64,000 nucleotides of DNA from an uncultured Flavobacterium sp. Its GTDB lineage: Bacteria > Bacteroidota > Bacteroidia > Flavobacteriales > Flavobacteriaceae. Both the position numbers and the translations under genes were made by a program. The notes below the pieces were generated by a model that was given only the letters and a program-made list of their open reading frames with translations, did no database searches and was not told the origin of the DNA. Numbering within the stretch: position 1 is the first letter of the stretch; each line of letters opens with the position of its first letter. The stretch spans positions 40,862 through 104,861 of the forward strand of contig CALJVL010000019.1 in NCBI GenBank assembly GCA_937773775.1, given 5' to 3'. Positions 51,044 to 59,906 of this stretch are shown here, piece after piece.

Positions 51044-51288
51044 TCGGATAGATTTTTTTGCATTGTTGCCAACTAATATATAACATCAAGAAGTAAAGTT
51101 TTTTTTTAAGTTTTACCATAAATTAAGCTATATATCCTAGTTCGTAAATAAAGGCTTTTTTAACTATTGTTACAATACCCACTTTTAGTGATATTGACAA
51201 AAATGTAATAAGTAAAAGTATTCCGTAATAATTTTAATTCGTAGCGGGCTTTCACGAAAATAAAACTCATAAAAATGCCCTCAATAAG

Positions 51289-51312
51289 TGTCTAACTTTT
51301 TGGGGCAGTCTA
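51289..51312. mobile_element. Solitary IS3-family-like terminal inverted repeat
   Basis: TGTCTAACTTTTTGGGGCAGTCTA resembles Bacteroidota IS3 ends; no transposase nearby. Confidence 0.5.
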
Positions 51313-51560
51313 TCCTAGCATCTTTTATTATTTCTTTCGTCTATCCTTCCAACTATAATTAAAATGCCTATTTCTTAAACGCTCATATAACCTTCCTCTC
51401 AGATAAAGACCTAAAACCTATATTACAATTAACCCTTTAATTTCATACCACTTCATTGGCTGTATTCTTAAATTAAAAGAATGCAATAAATGATTTTGTA
51501 TTTTAGTATGCTATGCAATTCAGGAATTTAGATATGCAATATGAGAGCATTAATAAAAAT

Positions 51561-51586
51561 AAAAAAGATGCCTAGGCATCTTTTTT
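51561..51586. terminator. Perfect 26-bp palindrome, terminator of the XRE gene
   Basis: AAAAAAGATGCCT|AGGCATCTTTTTT. Confidence 0.65.
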
Positions 51587-51603
51587 TATTATTTTATAAA
51601 AAG

Positions 51604-51846
51604 TTACTCAAATAACATTCTAATATCTACTTTTAAAGCTGTAGCAATTTTCATAAGAGTTTTAACCGTTGGATTACTTTCTCCCCTCTCTATTCTACCA
51701 ACTTGATTCTCGGATAAACCAATTTCTATAGCTAACTTGGATTGAGAAAAATCTGTTGTTTCTTCTCTAATCCTTCTTATGGTAGCACCAAGGGTAACCA
51801 GTACCTTATATTGTTCATCTTTTATCACTGTATAAAATTCCGTCAT
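51604..51846 (-). CDS. XRE-family HTH regulator
   Basis: SQSKLAIEIGLSENQVGRIERGESNPTVKTL. Confidence 0.88.
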   Translation of the reverse strand: MTEFYTVIKDEQYKVLVTLGATIRRIREETTDFSQSKLAIEIGLSENQVGRIERGESNPTVKTLMKIATALKVDIRMLFE

Positions 51847-51862
51847 AAAAAATTATTAATTC

Positions 51863-51904
51863 CACACATATATGTGTGTTTGTTATATTTTTTTATTATA
51901 TTTG
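51863..51904. promoter_or_regulatory. Putative XRE operator plus rightward promoter
   Basis: Perfect palindrome CACACATA|TATGTGTG at 51863-51878; TATATTTG -7 box at 51897-51904. Confidence 0.6.
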
Positions 51905-51967
51905 CTAATGAATACATACATTTGCGTTTCTTCAATTAAAATATTTGAAGCATTCGCTTTGAATTTC

Positions 51968-52102
51968 GTCTTAGAAAACTGGTAATTTTAAAAGGAACGA
52001 AATGATAAGTAAGATGCTCACGTCCCATGGCGTGGGCTCACTTATTGTTCCCGGGTATACCAGTACCTCTAAGGCAGTAAGCTGAGTTCCATGCCATTTT
52101 TT
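51968..52102 (+). ncRNA. Candidate structured leader RNA upstream of susC
   Basis: Five nested helices plus an alternative pairing ending in a U-tract (see findings). Confidence 0.45.
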
Positions 52103-52384
52103 ATGCCTAATATTTAGGCACTACTCAACTTCCATTCTTAGCACTGCCTCATCCTTTAACAGTCTCGCATTGATCCTTACTGTTTAACCGTATAAACTTT
52201 CGCTTGCCTATGATTTAAAAAAAGAATTCTATTAAATGTCTGTGCTGTATTCTTCATTATTTTGAATTAGTAAAAATCCAGTACTGGCTATTAAAGCAAA
52301 AAAATGGCCCTCTAACTCTTCTTGGCGGTTGACTAGAGGACCATTGCTAACAAAACTAACGTTTCCATTAACTAACCCAATATT

Positions 52385-55300
52385 ATGAAAAATAATTCAT
52401 TTTACAAGGGGAGATTGGCTTTTTGGTACCTGATTGTTTTCGGGTTCCTAATCTCCTACACCCCTGCTTTATCAAACACGGCACTTCCGTCCTTACCCTC
52501 TTCCATCCAACAAAACCAAATAAGTGGGATCATCACTGATGGTAAAGGCCCTTTAGCTGGTGTGACCATAACTATAAAAGGGCAACAAAAAACTACTATC
52601 TCTGACTTTGATGGGGAATTTACGATCACGGTATCTCCCAACGATATGCTTATTTTTAGTTTTATGGGTTACAAAACCCTAACTATTCCTGTTGCTGGCC
52701 GTACTATAATTAATATTGAAATGCATCAAGATGCGACTTCACTACAGGAGGTCAAAATCAATGCAGGCTACTATTCCGTAAAAGAAAGTGAACGCACGGG
52801 AAGTATTGCGAAAATCACGGCAAAGGATATTGAAAAACAACCTGTGACTAATCCGTTAGCAGCCATGCAAGGACGCATGTCTGGCGTGAATATTACCCAA
52901 GCCACAGGGGTGCCTGGTGGGGGATTTGATATTCAAATTAGAGGAATTAATAGCATCCGTACCGAGGGCAATTCACCGCTATACATAGTGGATGGTGTAC
53001 CTTACAGCTCGCAATCACTGGGTTTCAGTTCCGCTTCTTCAGGAATACTTGCGGGTACTACTAGTCCATTAAATGGTATCAATCCAACTGACTTAGAAAG
53101 TATTGAAGTACTCAAAGATGCAGATGCAACCGCAATTTATGGGTCTCGTGGGGCTAATGGTGTGGTCCTGATCACTACCAAAAAAGGCAAAGCAGGAAAG
53201 ACAAAGTTCAACTTAAATGCTTACAGTAGCTTTGGAACACTAACTCGTACCCTAGACTTAATGGATACGGACCAATACTTGTCTATGCGCCGTGAAGCTT
53301 TCTCAAATGATGGGATCACAACTTATCCTAGTTATGCCTATGATGTCAATGGAAAATGGGATCAAACAAGGTATACCAATTGGCAAAAAGAACTAATTGG
53401 AGGGACTGCAACAACCAATAATCTACAGGCTAGCTTATCTGGAGGCAGTTCTGGAACCCAATACTTAATAAGCGGTACTATGCACAAGGAAACCACCGTT
53501 TTTCCGGGAGATGCAAAGTACGGTAAAGGGGCGGTACATACCAGCCTGACTCACAGTACTGAAGACGGTCGTTTCAAAATAAACTTTTCAGCAAATTATA
53601 CTGCTGATAAAAACATACTTCCCCCATCTGACTTTACCTACAAGGCAGCGATTCTGGCTCCTAATGCACCCGCTTTGTATGATGCAAACGGAAATCTCAA
53701 CTGGGAAAATAATTCCTGGACCAACCCTCTAGCTACCTTAGACGGAAGATATACTGCTACTACCGCTGCGCTAATTGCCAATACATTGCTATCCTATCAA
53801 ATTTTAGAGGGTTTAGAATTAAAAACGAGCCTGAGTTACACCGATAACCGAGTACAGGAAAGTCGCATCAATCCATCTACAATGTATAATCCTGCGTTTG
53901 GAATTGGTAGTGAACGCTCTACTCTCTACCTCAACAATGCATCAAGCCATTCATGGACAATGGAACCACAACTAAATTGGCTAAAAAAAATAGGTGAAAG
54001 CGAGATCAATATCCTTGCAGGAGCTACTTTTCAGGATCAAAAATCCAGTCAGTTAGCACAAACAGGCTCAGGATTTCCCAGTAACGGTTTGATTTATAAT
54101 CTTGCAGCTGCATCGCGCTTAAACATTTCAAGCAACTCCTTTTCTGAATACAAATACCAAGCTTTTTTTGGTCGAATTAATTTCAATTATAAAAGTAAAT
54201 ACATTCTCAATGCAACGGGCAGACGCGATGGTTCCAGCCGATTTGGACCTGGTAATCGCTTTGCCAATTTTGCCGCTGTTGGTGCCGCTTGGGTATTCTC
54301 AAAAGAATCCTTCCTTGATACTAATACCTTTCTTAGCTTTGGAAAACTTAGAGCTAGCTATGGGACCTCTGGAAACGATCAAATTGGCGATTACCAGTTC
54401 TTAGACACCTATGATGTTACAGGAAACAATTACAATGGTGTCATTGGGCTCCAGCCTTCAAGACTATTCAATCCTAATTTTGCTTGGGAAACGAATAAAA
54501 AATTAGAAATTGCTATAGAATTAGGATTTGTCAACGATCGTGTTTTTTTAAGTACAGCGTATTACCGCAACCGATCTTCTAACCAATTAGTAGGTATCCC
54601 ATTGGCGGGTACTACAGGGTTTCCCTCTTTACAAGCCAATCTTAATGCAACAGTTCAGAATTCGGGATTAGAACTAGAATTGCGAGTAGAACCATTCCGT
54701 TCTAAAAATTTTAATTGGACTTCGAATTTCAATCTGAGTCTTCCCAAAAACAAGTTGTTGGAATTTCCTAATCTAGAAAGTTCCCCCTATGCTAATAGAT
54801 ACCTCATTGGGCAATCTATCAGTATTCAAAAAGTATATCACTATACAGGAATCAATCCACAAACCGGACTATATTCTTTCGAAGATTATGATAATGATGG
54901 ACAGATTAGTAGCCCCAACGATCAGCAATGGATTGAAGACACTGCTCCCAACTGGTTTGGAGGTTTTGCTAATCAATTAAGCTATAAAAATTGGTCCATG
55001 GATTTCTTATTCCAATTTGTAAAACAAAAAGCAAGAAATTATTTGTACAACACTTCTTGGGCTGGAGATATGGTCAATCAACCTATAGCTATAGGAAACC
55101 ATTGGCCAGTGGATGGATCAAACTCTCAAACGCAATTGTATACTACTGGCGAAAACGGAGAAGCGCTCGATGCTTGGTCTTCTTATAGCAATAGTAGTGC
55201 AACAATCAGTGATGCCTCGTACATCCGTTTAAAAAGTGTTAGTCTATCGTACACCGTTCCTACCAAAGGATCGGCTATCAATACGGCTAGAGTGTATTTA

Positions 55301-55417
55301 CAGGCACAAAATCTATTGACTTTTACGAACTACAAAGGAGCAGATCCTGAAAACCAATCTTCCTTTTTCATAGCACCATTGCGTCAAATCTCATTGGGTG
55401 TACAACTGGGTTTATAA
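52385..55417 (+). CDS. susC: SusC/RagA TonB-dependent outer membrane transporter
   Basis: PLYIVDGVP, IEVLKDADATAIYGSRGANGVVLITTKKG, RRDGSSRFG. Confidence 0.93.
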   Translation: MKNNSFYKGRLAFWYLIVFGFLISYTPALSNTALPSLPSSIQQNQISGIITDGKGPLAGVTITIKGQQKTTISDFDGEFTITVSPNDMLIFSFMGYKTLTIPVAGRTIINIEMHQDATSLQEVKINAGYYSVKESERTGSIAKITAKDIEKQPVTNPLAAMQGRMSGVNITQATGVPGGGFDIQIRGINSIRTEGNSPLYIVDGVPYSSQSLGFSSASSGILAGTTSPLNGINPTDLESIEVLKDADATAIYGSRGANGVVLITTKKGKAGKTKFNLNAYSSFGTLTRTLDLMDTDQYLSMRREAFSNDGITTYPSYAYDVNGKWDQTRYTNWQKELIGGTATTNNLQASLSGGSSGTQYLISGTMHKETTVFPGDAKYGKGAVHTSLTHSTEDGRFKINFSANYTADKNILPPSDFTYKAAILAPNAPALYDANGNLNWENNSWTNPLATLDGRYTATTAALIANTLLSYQILEGLELKTSLSYTDNRVQESRINPSTMYNPAFGIGSERSTLYLNNASSHSWTMEPQLNWLKKIGESEINILAGATFQDQKSSQLAQTGSGFPSNGLIYNLAAASRLNISSNSFSEYKYQAFFGRINFNYKSKYILNATGRRDGSSRFGPGNRFANFAAVGAAWVFSKESFLDTNTFLSFGKLRASYGTSGNDQIGDYQFLDTYDVTGNNYNGVIGLQPSRLFNPNFAWETNKKLEIAIELGFVNDRVFLSTAYYRNRSSNQLVGIPLAGTTGFPSLQANLNATVQNSGLELELRVEPFRSKNFNWTSNFNLSLPKNKLLEFPNLESSPYANRYLIGQSISIQKVYHYTGINPQTGLYSFEDYDNDGQISSPNDQQWIEDTAPNWFGGFANQLSYKNWSMDFLFQFVKQKARNYLYNTSWAGDMVNQPIAIGNHWPVDGSNSQTQLYTTGENGEALDAWSSYSNSSATISDASYIRLKSVSLSYTVPTKGSAINTARVYLQAQNLLTFTNYKGADPENQSSFFIAPLRQISLGVQLGL

Positions 55418-55433
55418 CATAAAAATTGACAAG

Positions 55434-56831
55434 ATGAAATATTACAGACAAATACAAGTTGGATTAATAGCTGCTTTAATAGTTATTACATGCCTTTGGC
55501 TTTTTAGTTGCGATAGTTTTACTGAAACGGATCTCCCGAAGACGCAACTAATCAAAACTGCCGTTTTTCAAGATGTAAAAACAGCTACAGCAGCTCTTTC
55601 CGACTGCTATGCTCAAATGCGAGATTACAGCATGATTTCAGGGAATTCTGATGGACTTTCCAGTCTGTTAGGAAATTATGCGGATGAATTAACCTACTAT
55701 GGAGTTAGTGACTCTCCCTTGCAAAACTTTTATAATCATACACTACTACCTTCCAATAGTGGGGTTTCCGTTTTATGGAATTCTAGCTTCAATCAAATTT
55801 ACGCTGCAAACGCTATCGTAGAAGGTGTAGATAATTCAACAGCGATTACAGGAGATAATCGAAACCGCTTGAAGGGAGAAGCACTGTTTATCCGTGCTTT
55901 TACACATTTTAATTTGGTGAACTTGTTTGGAGATATTCCCTATATCTCCAGTACCGATTATAAAACAAACACTATGATTTCAAAGCAGACCCAAGCAGAC
56001 GTCTACAACCAAATTATAGCAGACTTACTAGAAGCAAAAGAGCTATTACCCGAAACGTATACTTCCACTCAACGAATCCGCCCCAATAAATACACCGTTT
56101 CTGCCTTACTGGCTAGAGTATTTTTATATACGGAAAACTGGCAGTTGGCAGAGAATGAATCGAATGCAATTATTAATAAAACAGCTTTTTATCAGTGGCA
56201 GGATAATTTGGATTTAGTTTTCTTGAAAGACAGTCCTTCCACGATTTGGCAATTGCACCCTGGTGTAGCGGGCTTAAATACAATGGAAGGCCGAACTTTT
56301 ATTTTTACTAGTGCGCAGCCAAATATTGAAGCTATAAGTCCAGAATTATTCCATGCCTTTGAAGCTGGAGATCAAAGAAAAAATCAGTGGTTGGGTAGTG
56401 TGAATGATGGAACGGACACGTATTATTTCCCTTTTAAATACAAGCTTGATACGAATTCAGGAACATCTCAGGAGTACTCCATCATTTTTAGATTAGAAGA
56501 GCAATACTTAATTCGAGCTGAAGCTAGAATACATCTAGGAAAACTAGCTGAAGCAAAAAATGATATCAATAAGATAAGACAAAGAGCAACTTTAGCAAAT
56601 ACGACTGCTAGTACTTCAGAGGAACTATCACAAGCTGTCTTACAAGAACGAAGAGTGGAATTGTTTACTGAATTTGGGCACCGTTGGTTTGACTTAAAAC
56701 GTACTGGAAAAGCGGATACTATTTTGAGTGTAATTAAATCTGCATGGAAAGATAGAGATAATTTACTTCCGCTTCCTGCGTCTGAACTGCTTGCAAATAG
56801 CCATTTATTACCTCAAAATCAAGGATACTAA
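55434..56831 (+). CDS. susD: SusD/RagB lipoprotein
   Basis: Lipobox LFSC, GEALFIRAF, ERRVELFTEFGHRWFDLKR. Confidence 0.92.
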   Translation: MKYYRQIQVGLIAALIVITCLWLFSCDSFTETDLPKTQLIKTAVFQDVKTATAALSDCYAQMRDYSMISGNSDGLSSLLGNYADELTYYGVSDSPLQNFYNHTLLPSNSGVSVLWNSSFNQIYAANAIVEGVDNSTAITGDNRNRLKGEALFIRAFTHFNLVNLFGDIPYISSTDYKTNTMISKQTQADVYNQIIADLLEAKELLPETYTSTQRIRPNKYTVSALLARVFLYTENWQLAENESNAIINKTAFYQWQDNLDLVFLKDSPSTIWQLHPGVAGLNTMEGRTFIFTSAQPNIEAISPELFHAFEAGDQRKNQWLGSVNDGTDTYYFPFKYKLDTNSGTSQEYSIIFRLEEQYLIRAEARIHLGKLAEAKNDINKIRQRATLANTTASTSEELSQAVLQERRVELFTEFGHRWFDLKRTGKADTILSVIKSAWKDRDNLLPLPASELLANSHLLPQNQGY

Positions 56832-56834
56832 ATT

Positions 56835-59474
56835 ATGAAAGACACTATCTTATTAATAAAAAAACATACAATCTTACTTCTTTTTTTATTGGGATCCGTA
56901 ACTATTTGGGGACAGATTTCAGTAAAAAGAAGCGTTTCTCCTTCTGATTACAGCCAATGGAGTACGCTTAACTCCGAGAAATTAGCTGCTGATGGCAAAT
57001 GGGTAAGCTATAAGCTGGCCTATGATTCAGGCAAGGATACTGTTTTTGTACAGCAAACAACGGGCAGTAAAAAATACATTTTTCCTTCAGCAACAGATGA
57101 AAATTTCAGTCGAGATGGAAAATGGTGGGTCGCAATAGTACCCGAAAAAGGACTTGGTATATTGAGTTTAAAAACCGGGAAATGTCAATGGACGGAGGAT
57201 GTGATTTCCTATGAATTTCTGGGAAATGGTGCATATGTGGCTTTTCTTAAAAAAACAGGACTGGAACAGGAACTCGATATTTTGAATTTGGCAACCGGAC
57301 AAAAATATAGTGCAAAAGACATTGCGGAATATAGTTTTAATGCCAGTGGGAAAATCGCGGCATTTATAACAAAGCAAGAAAACGCCGTACAATTAATTTG
57401 GCTTGATGATCACTTCCGCACTTCGAAAATCATGCAGCCTTCCGACAATCGGTTTAAAAACCTAATTTGGAATAAAGACGCAAATTCACTGGCATTTCTA
57501 CAGGAACTCCCGCAGGATAAGTACCAAGGAACCAATCACAAACTGTATTTCGTGAATCATATGGATACCACTCCCAAACTGCATATTCTGGATCCCTTAC
57601 TTGCTGAAGAGATCCTTAAGGGGCTGCGAATTGTAACGCCATCGGCCAGAAAGTCCATTGAAATGGCAACGGATGGCAAAAAGGTTTTCTTTTATACAAC
57701 CACTCCGAAATTACAGACCAAGGAGAAGGAAATCGTACAGGTATGGGACGGTGCAACACCATGGACCTACCCTAGCCAAAAGAATTCAGAAAGCTGGCAA
57801 TACAATTCCAAAATGGTAGTGTGGTGGCCCGAGGAAAACAAGTTGTTTAAGATAGGAATCGATGCATTTCTAAAAACGCAACTATTAGCAGATGGAAATT
57901 ATGCTTTAAACCATAATCCGCTGCAATATGAACCACAGTATGAATTTGCCAGCCCTGTTGATTACGTACTAATAGACGTACGTACTGGAAAAAGTAAAAA
58001 AATATTGAAAAAACAGATTCGAAAATATGATTTTATCAAGGGTTCCGGATCCGGAAATTTTATCAACTATTTTAAAGAAAAGCATTGGTGGGTTTATAAT
58101 AGTAAGGAGGATAGCCATATCAATCTGACATTATTTCTAGGAATACCCATAGATGAGGTAGATTATGATTGCGGGGGTACTGCCCCCCCTTACGGAAGCC
58201 CTGGATGGTCAGCGGATGAAAAATACCTGATTGTTTATGATCAATATGATATTTGGCTACTGTCTGCCGATGGAAAATCACAAAAAAGAATAACACACGG
58301 TCGTGAAAAACACATTCGATACCGGATTGCTGAGGACAGCTATACGGATTCACTGTTGCTAGGAAATGCTGTTTTGACTGGGAATCAATTTGATCTCTCT
58401 AAAGGAGTATTGATCGAAGCATTTGGCGATGACAAATCTTCAGGCTATTATTATTGGCATCCAGAAAGAAACATAAAAAAAATGGTGTATCAGGATCGAA
58501 TGATAGATCACTTGATAAAGGCAGAACAATCCTCAAGCTATATATACAGAGAACAGTCTTTTAAACTATCCCCAAGATTGATGTTTAAGACTGAGAAAGA
58601 GAAACAGCCAAAAATTTTGATACAAACCAACCTACAGCAGAACCATTTTGATTGGGGGCATAACGAACTGATTTCGTATACCGATTCCAGAGGGACTCCA
58701 CTGCAGGGAGTATTGTACTATCCGTCCAATTTTCAAAAAGGAAAAAAGTATCCCATGATTGTACATATTTACGAAAAGCAATCACACATACTATATCATT
58801 ATTTCAATCCAGCAGAAAATGCAACGGATGCTTTTCCTCGGACGAATTACACTTTGGATGGTTATCTCGTCTTATATCCTGATATAGCGTATGAAGTAGG
58901 TGAACCTGGTAAATCAGCAACGGATTGTGTGATAGCAGCAGTAAAAGTAGTGACAGCAAAAGGAATCGTAGAAGAGCGACACATCGGATTGACGGGGGCT
59001 TCATTTGGTGGTTATGAAACAGGCTATATTGTGTCGCAAACCAATATTTTTGCGGCAGCGGTAGCAGGTTGCCCACTTACCGACTTTGTAAGCCAATACC
59101 TTAGTCTGGATGATAACTGGGGACTTCCAAGGATGTGGAGATACGAATCGCAGCAACAACGCATGGGAGTATCCCTTTTTGAAGATTATCAGGGATACAT
59201 TGAGAACTCAACTGTAGCACAAGCTGTAAAAATTAACACCCCTTTATTAATATGGTCTGGCCTGGAGGATACAATGGTAAGTTGGACGCAAGGACTCGAA
59301 CTGCATTTAGCCTTGCGTAGGCTGCAAAAGCCAAACCAATTTTTAGTATACCCAGGAGAAAACCACTCCTTTTTAAAACGGGAGACAAAAAATGACTTGA
59401 CACAGCGTACCAAAGAATGGTTCGATCATTATCTTAAGGAGAAACCCTTTAAAGATGATTTGAGTAGTAATTAA
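56835..59474 (+). CDS. S9 (prolyl oligopeptidase-like) secreted serine peptidase
   Basis: Signal peptide, propeller region, GASFGG nucleophile, GLEDTMV, YPGENH. Confidence 0.88.
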   Translation: MKDTILLIKKHTILLLFLLGSVTIWGQISVKRSVSPSDYSQWSTLNSEKLAADGKWVSYKLAYDSGKDTVFVQQTTGSKKYIFPSATDENFSRDGKWWVAIVPEKGLGILSLKTGKCQWTEDVISYEFLGNGAYVAFLKKTGLEQELDILNLATGQKYSAKDIAEYSFNASGKIAAFITKQENAVQLIWLDDHFRTSKIMQPSDNRFKNLIWNKDANSLAFLQELPQDKYQGTNHKLYFVNHMDTTPKLHILDPLLAEEILKGLRIVTPSARKSIEMATDGKKVFFYTTTPKLQTKEKEIVQVWDGATPWTYPSQKNSESWQYNSKMVVWWPEENKLFKIGIDAFLKTQLLADGNYALNHNPLQYEPQYEFASPVDYVLIDVRTGKSKKILKKQIRKYDFIKGSGSGNFINYFKEKHWWVYNSKEDSHINLTLFLGIPIDEVDYDCGGTAPPYGSPGWSADEKYLIVYDQYDIWLLSADGKSQKRITHGREKHIRYRIAEDSYTDSLLLGNAVLTGNQFDLSKGVLIEAFGDDKSSGYYYWHPERNIKKMVYQDRMIDHLIKAEQSSSYIYREQSFKLSPRLMFKTEKEKQPKILIQTNLQQNHFDWGHNELISYTDSRGTPLQGVLYYPSNFQKGKKYPMIVHIYEKQSHILYHYFNPAENATDAFPRTNYTLDGYLVLYPDIAYEVGEPGKSATDCVIAAVKVVTAKGIVEERHIGLTGASFGGYETGYIVSQTNIFAAAVAGCPLTDFVSQYLSLDDNWGLPRMWRYESQQQRMGVSLFEDYQGYIENSTVAQAVKINTPLLIWSGLEDTMVSWTQGLELHLALRRLQKPNQFLVYPGENHSFLKRETKNDLTQRTKEWFDHYLKEKPFKDDLSSN

Positions 59475-59479
59475 AAACA

Positions 59480-59512
59480 ACAATGCTGGATTTTAAAAAA
59501 ATCCAGCATTGT
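59480..59512. terminator. Hairpin between convergent genes
   Basis: ACAATGCTGGATTTT...AAAATCCAGCATTGT. Confidence 0.65.
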
Positions 59513-59544
59513 ATTACCAATAAATACTGGCTTAAGAACGGTTA

Positions 59545-59808
59545 CTAAATTTTTTTAAATAGCGCATCCGGACAATAAGTTCCAGCAGCATTCAGACGAT
59601 AAAGCTGCTGACCACTAGAGGTACACATTTGCGCATTAGGAACTGTGGAACACTTTACGTTTGTTTGTTCACAGGAAGCAGGGAGATGTCCATTAACATC
59701 AATTGTGCTACTCAAATTAGAACTTGAAACATTGTTAGCGAAAGCTCCCGCAATCGCAAAAACAACTACTGCAATGGGAAATCCCATTTTTGAAAAATTT
59801 GTTTTCAT
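59545..59808 (-). CDS. Small secreted 4-Cys peptide (DUF6520-like), 87 aa
   Basis: MKTNFSKMGFPIAVVVFAIAGAFA signal peptide; mature part C-x6-C-x8-C-x16-C. Confidence 0.7.
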   Translation of the reverse strand: MKTNFSKMGFPIAVVVFAIAGAFANNVSSSNLSSTIDVNGHLPASCEQTNVKCSTVPNAQMCTSSGQQLYRLNAAGTYCPDALFKKI

Positions 59809-59906
59809 AATACTAAAATTAAAAGTTAATGATCTACTCTTTTTTACAGGTTTTCGATCGAGATCCTGATACTGCGCAGTATATTTTAATTCCTTTTTAA
59901 TAAAGA

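Noticed and set aside
51225..51260. Minus-strand RESPLRI as the C-terminal remnant of a recombinase (KSPLD-like tail)
   Set aside because: Only a 3-residue resemblance in AT-rich DNA; not supportable without alignment
52385..59474. Classical polysaccharide utilisation locus
   Set aside because: No glycoside hydrolase, ECF sigma/anti-sigma pair or hybrid two-component system accompanies the SusCD pair; the only enzyme is a peptidase
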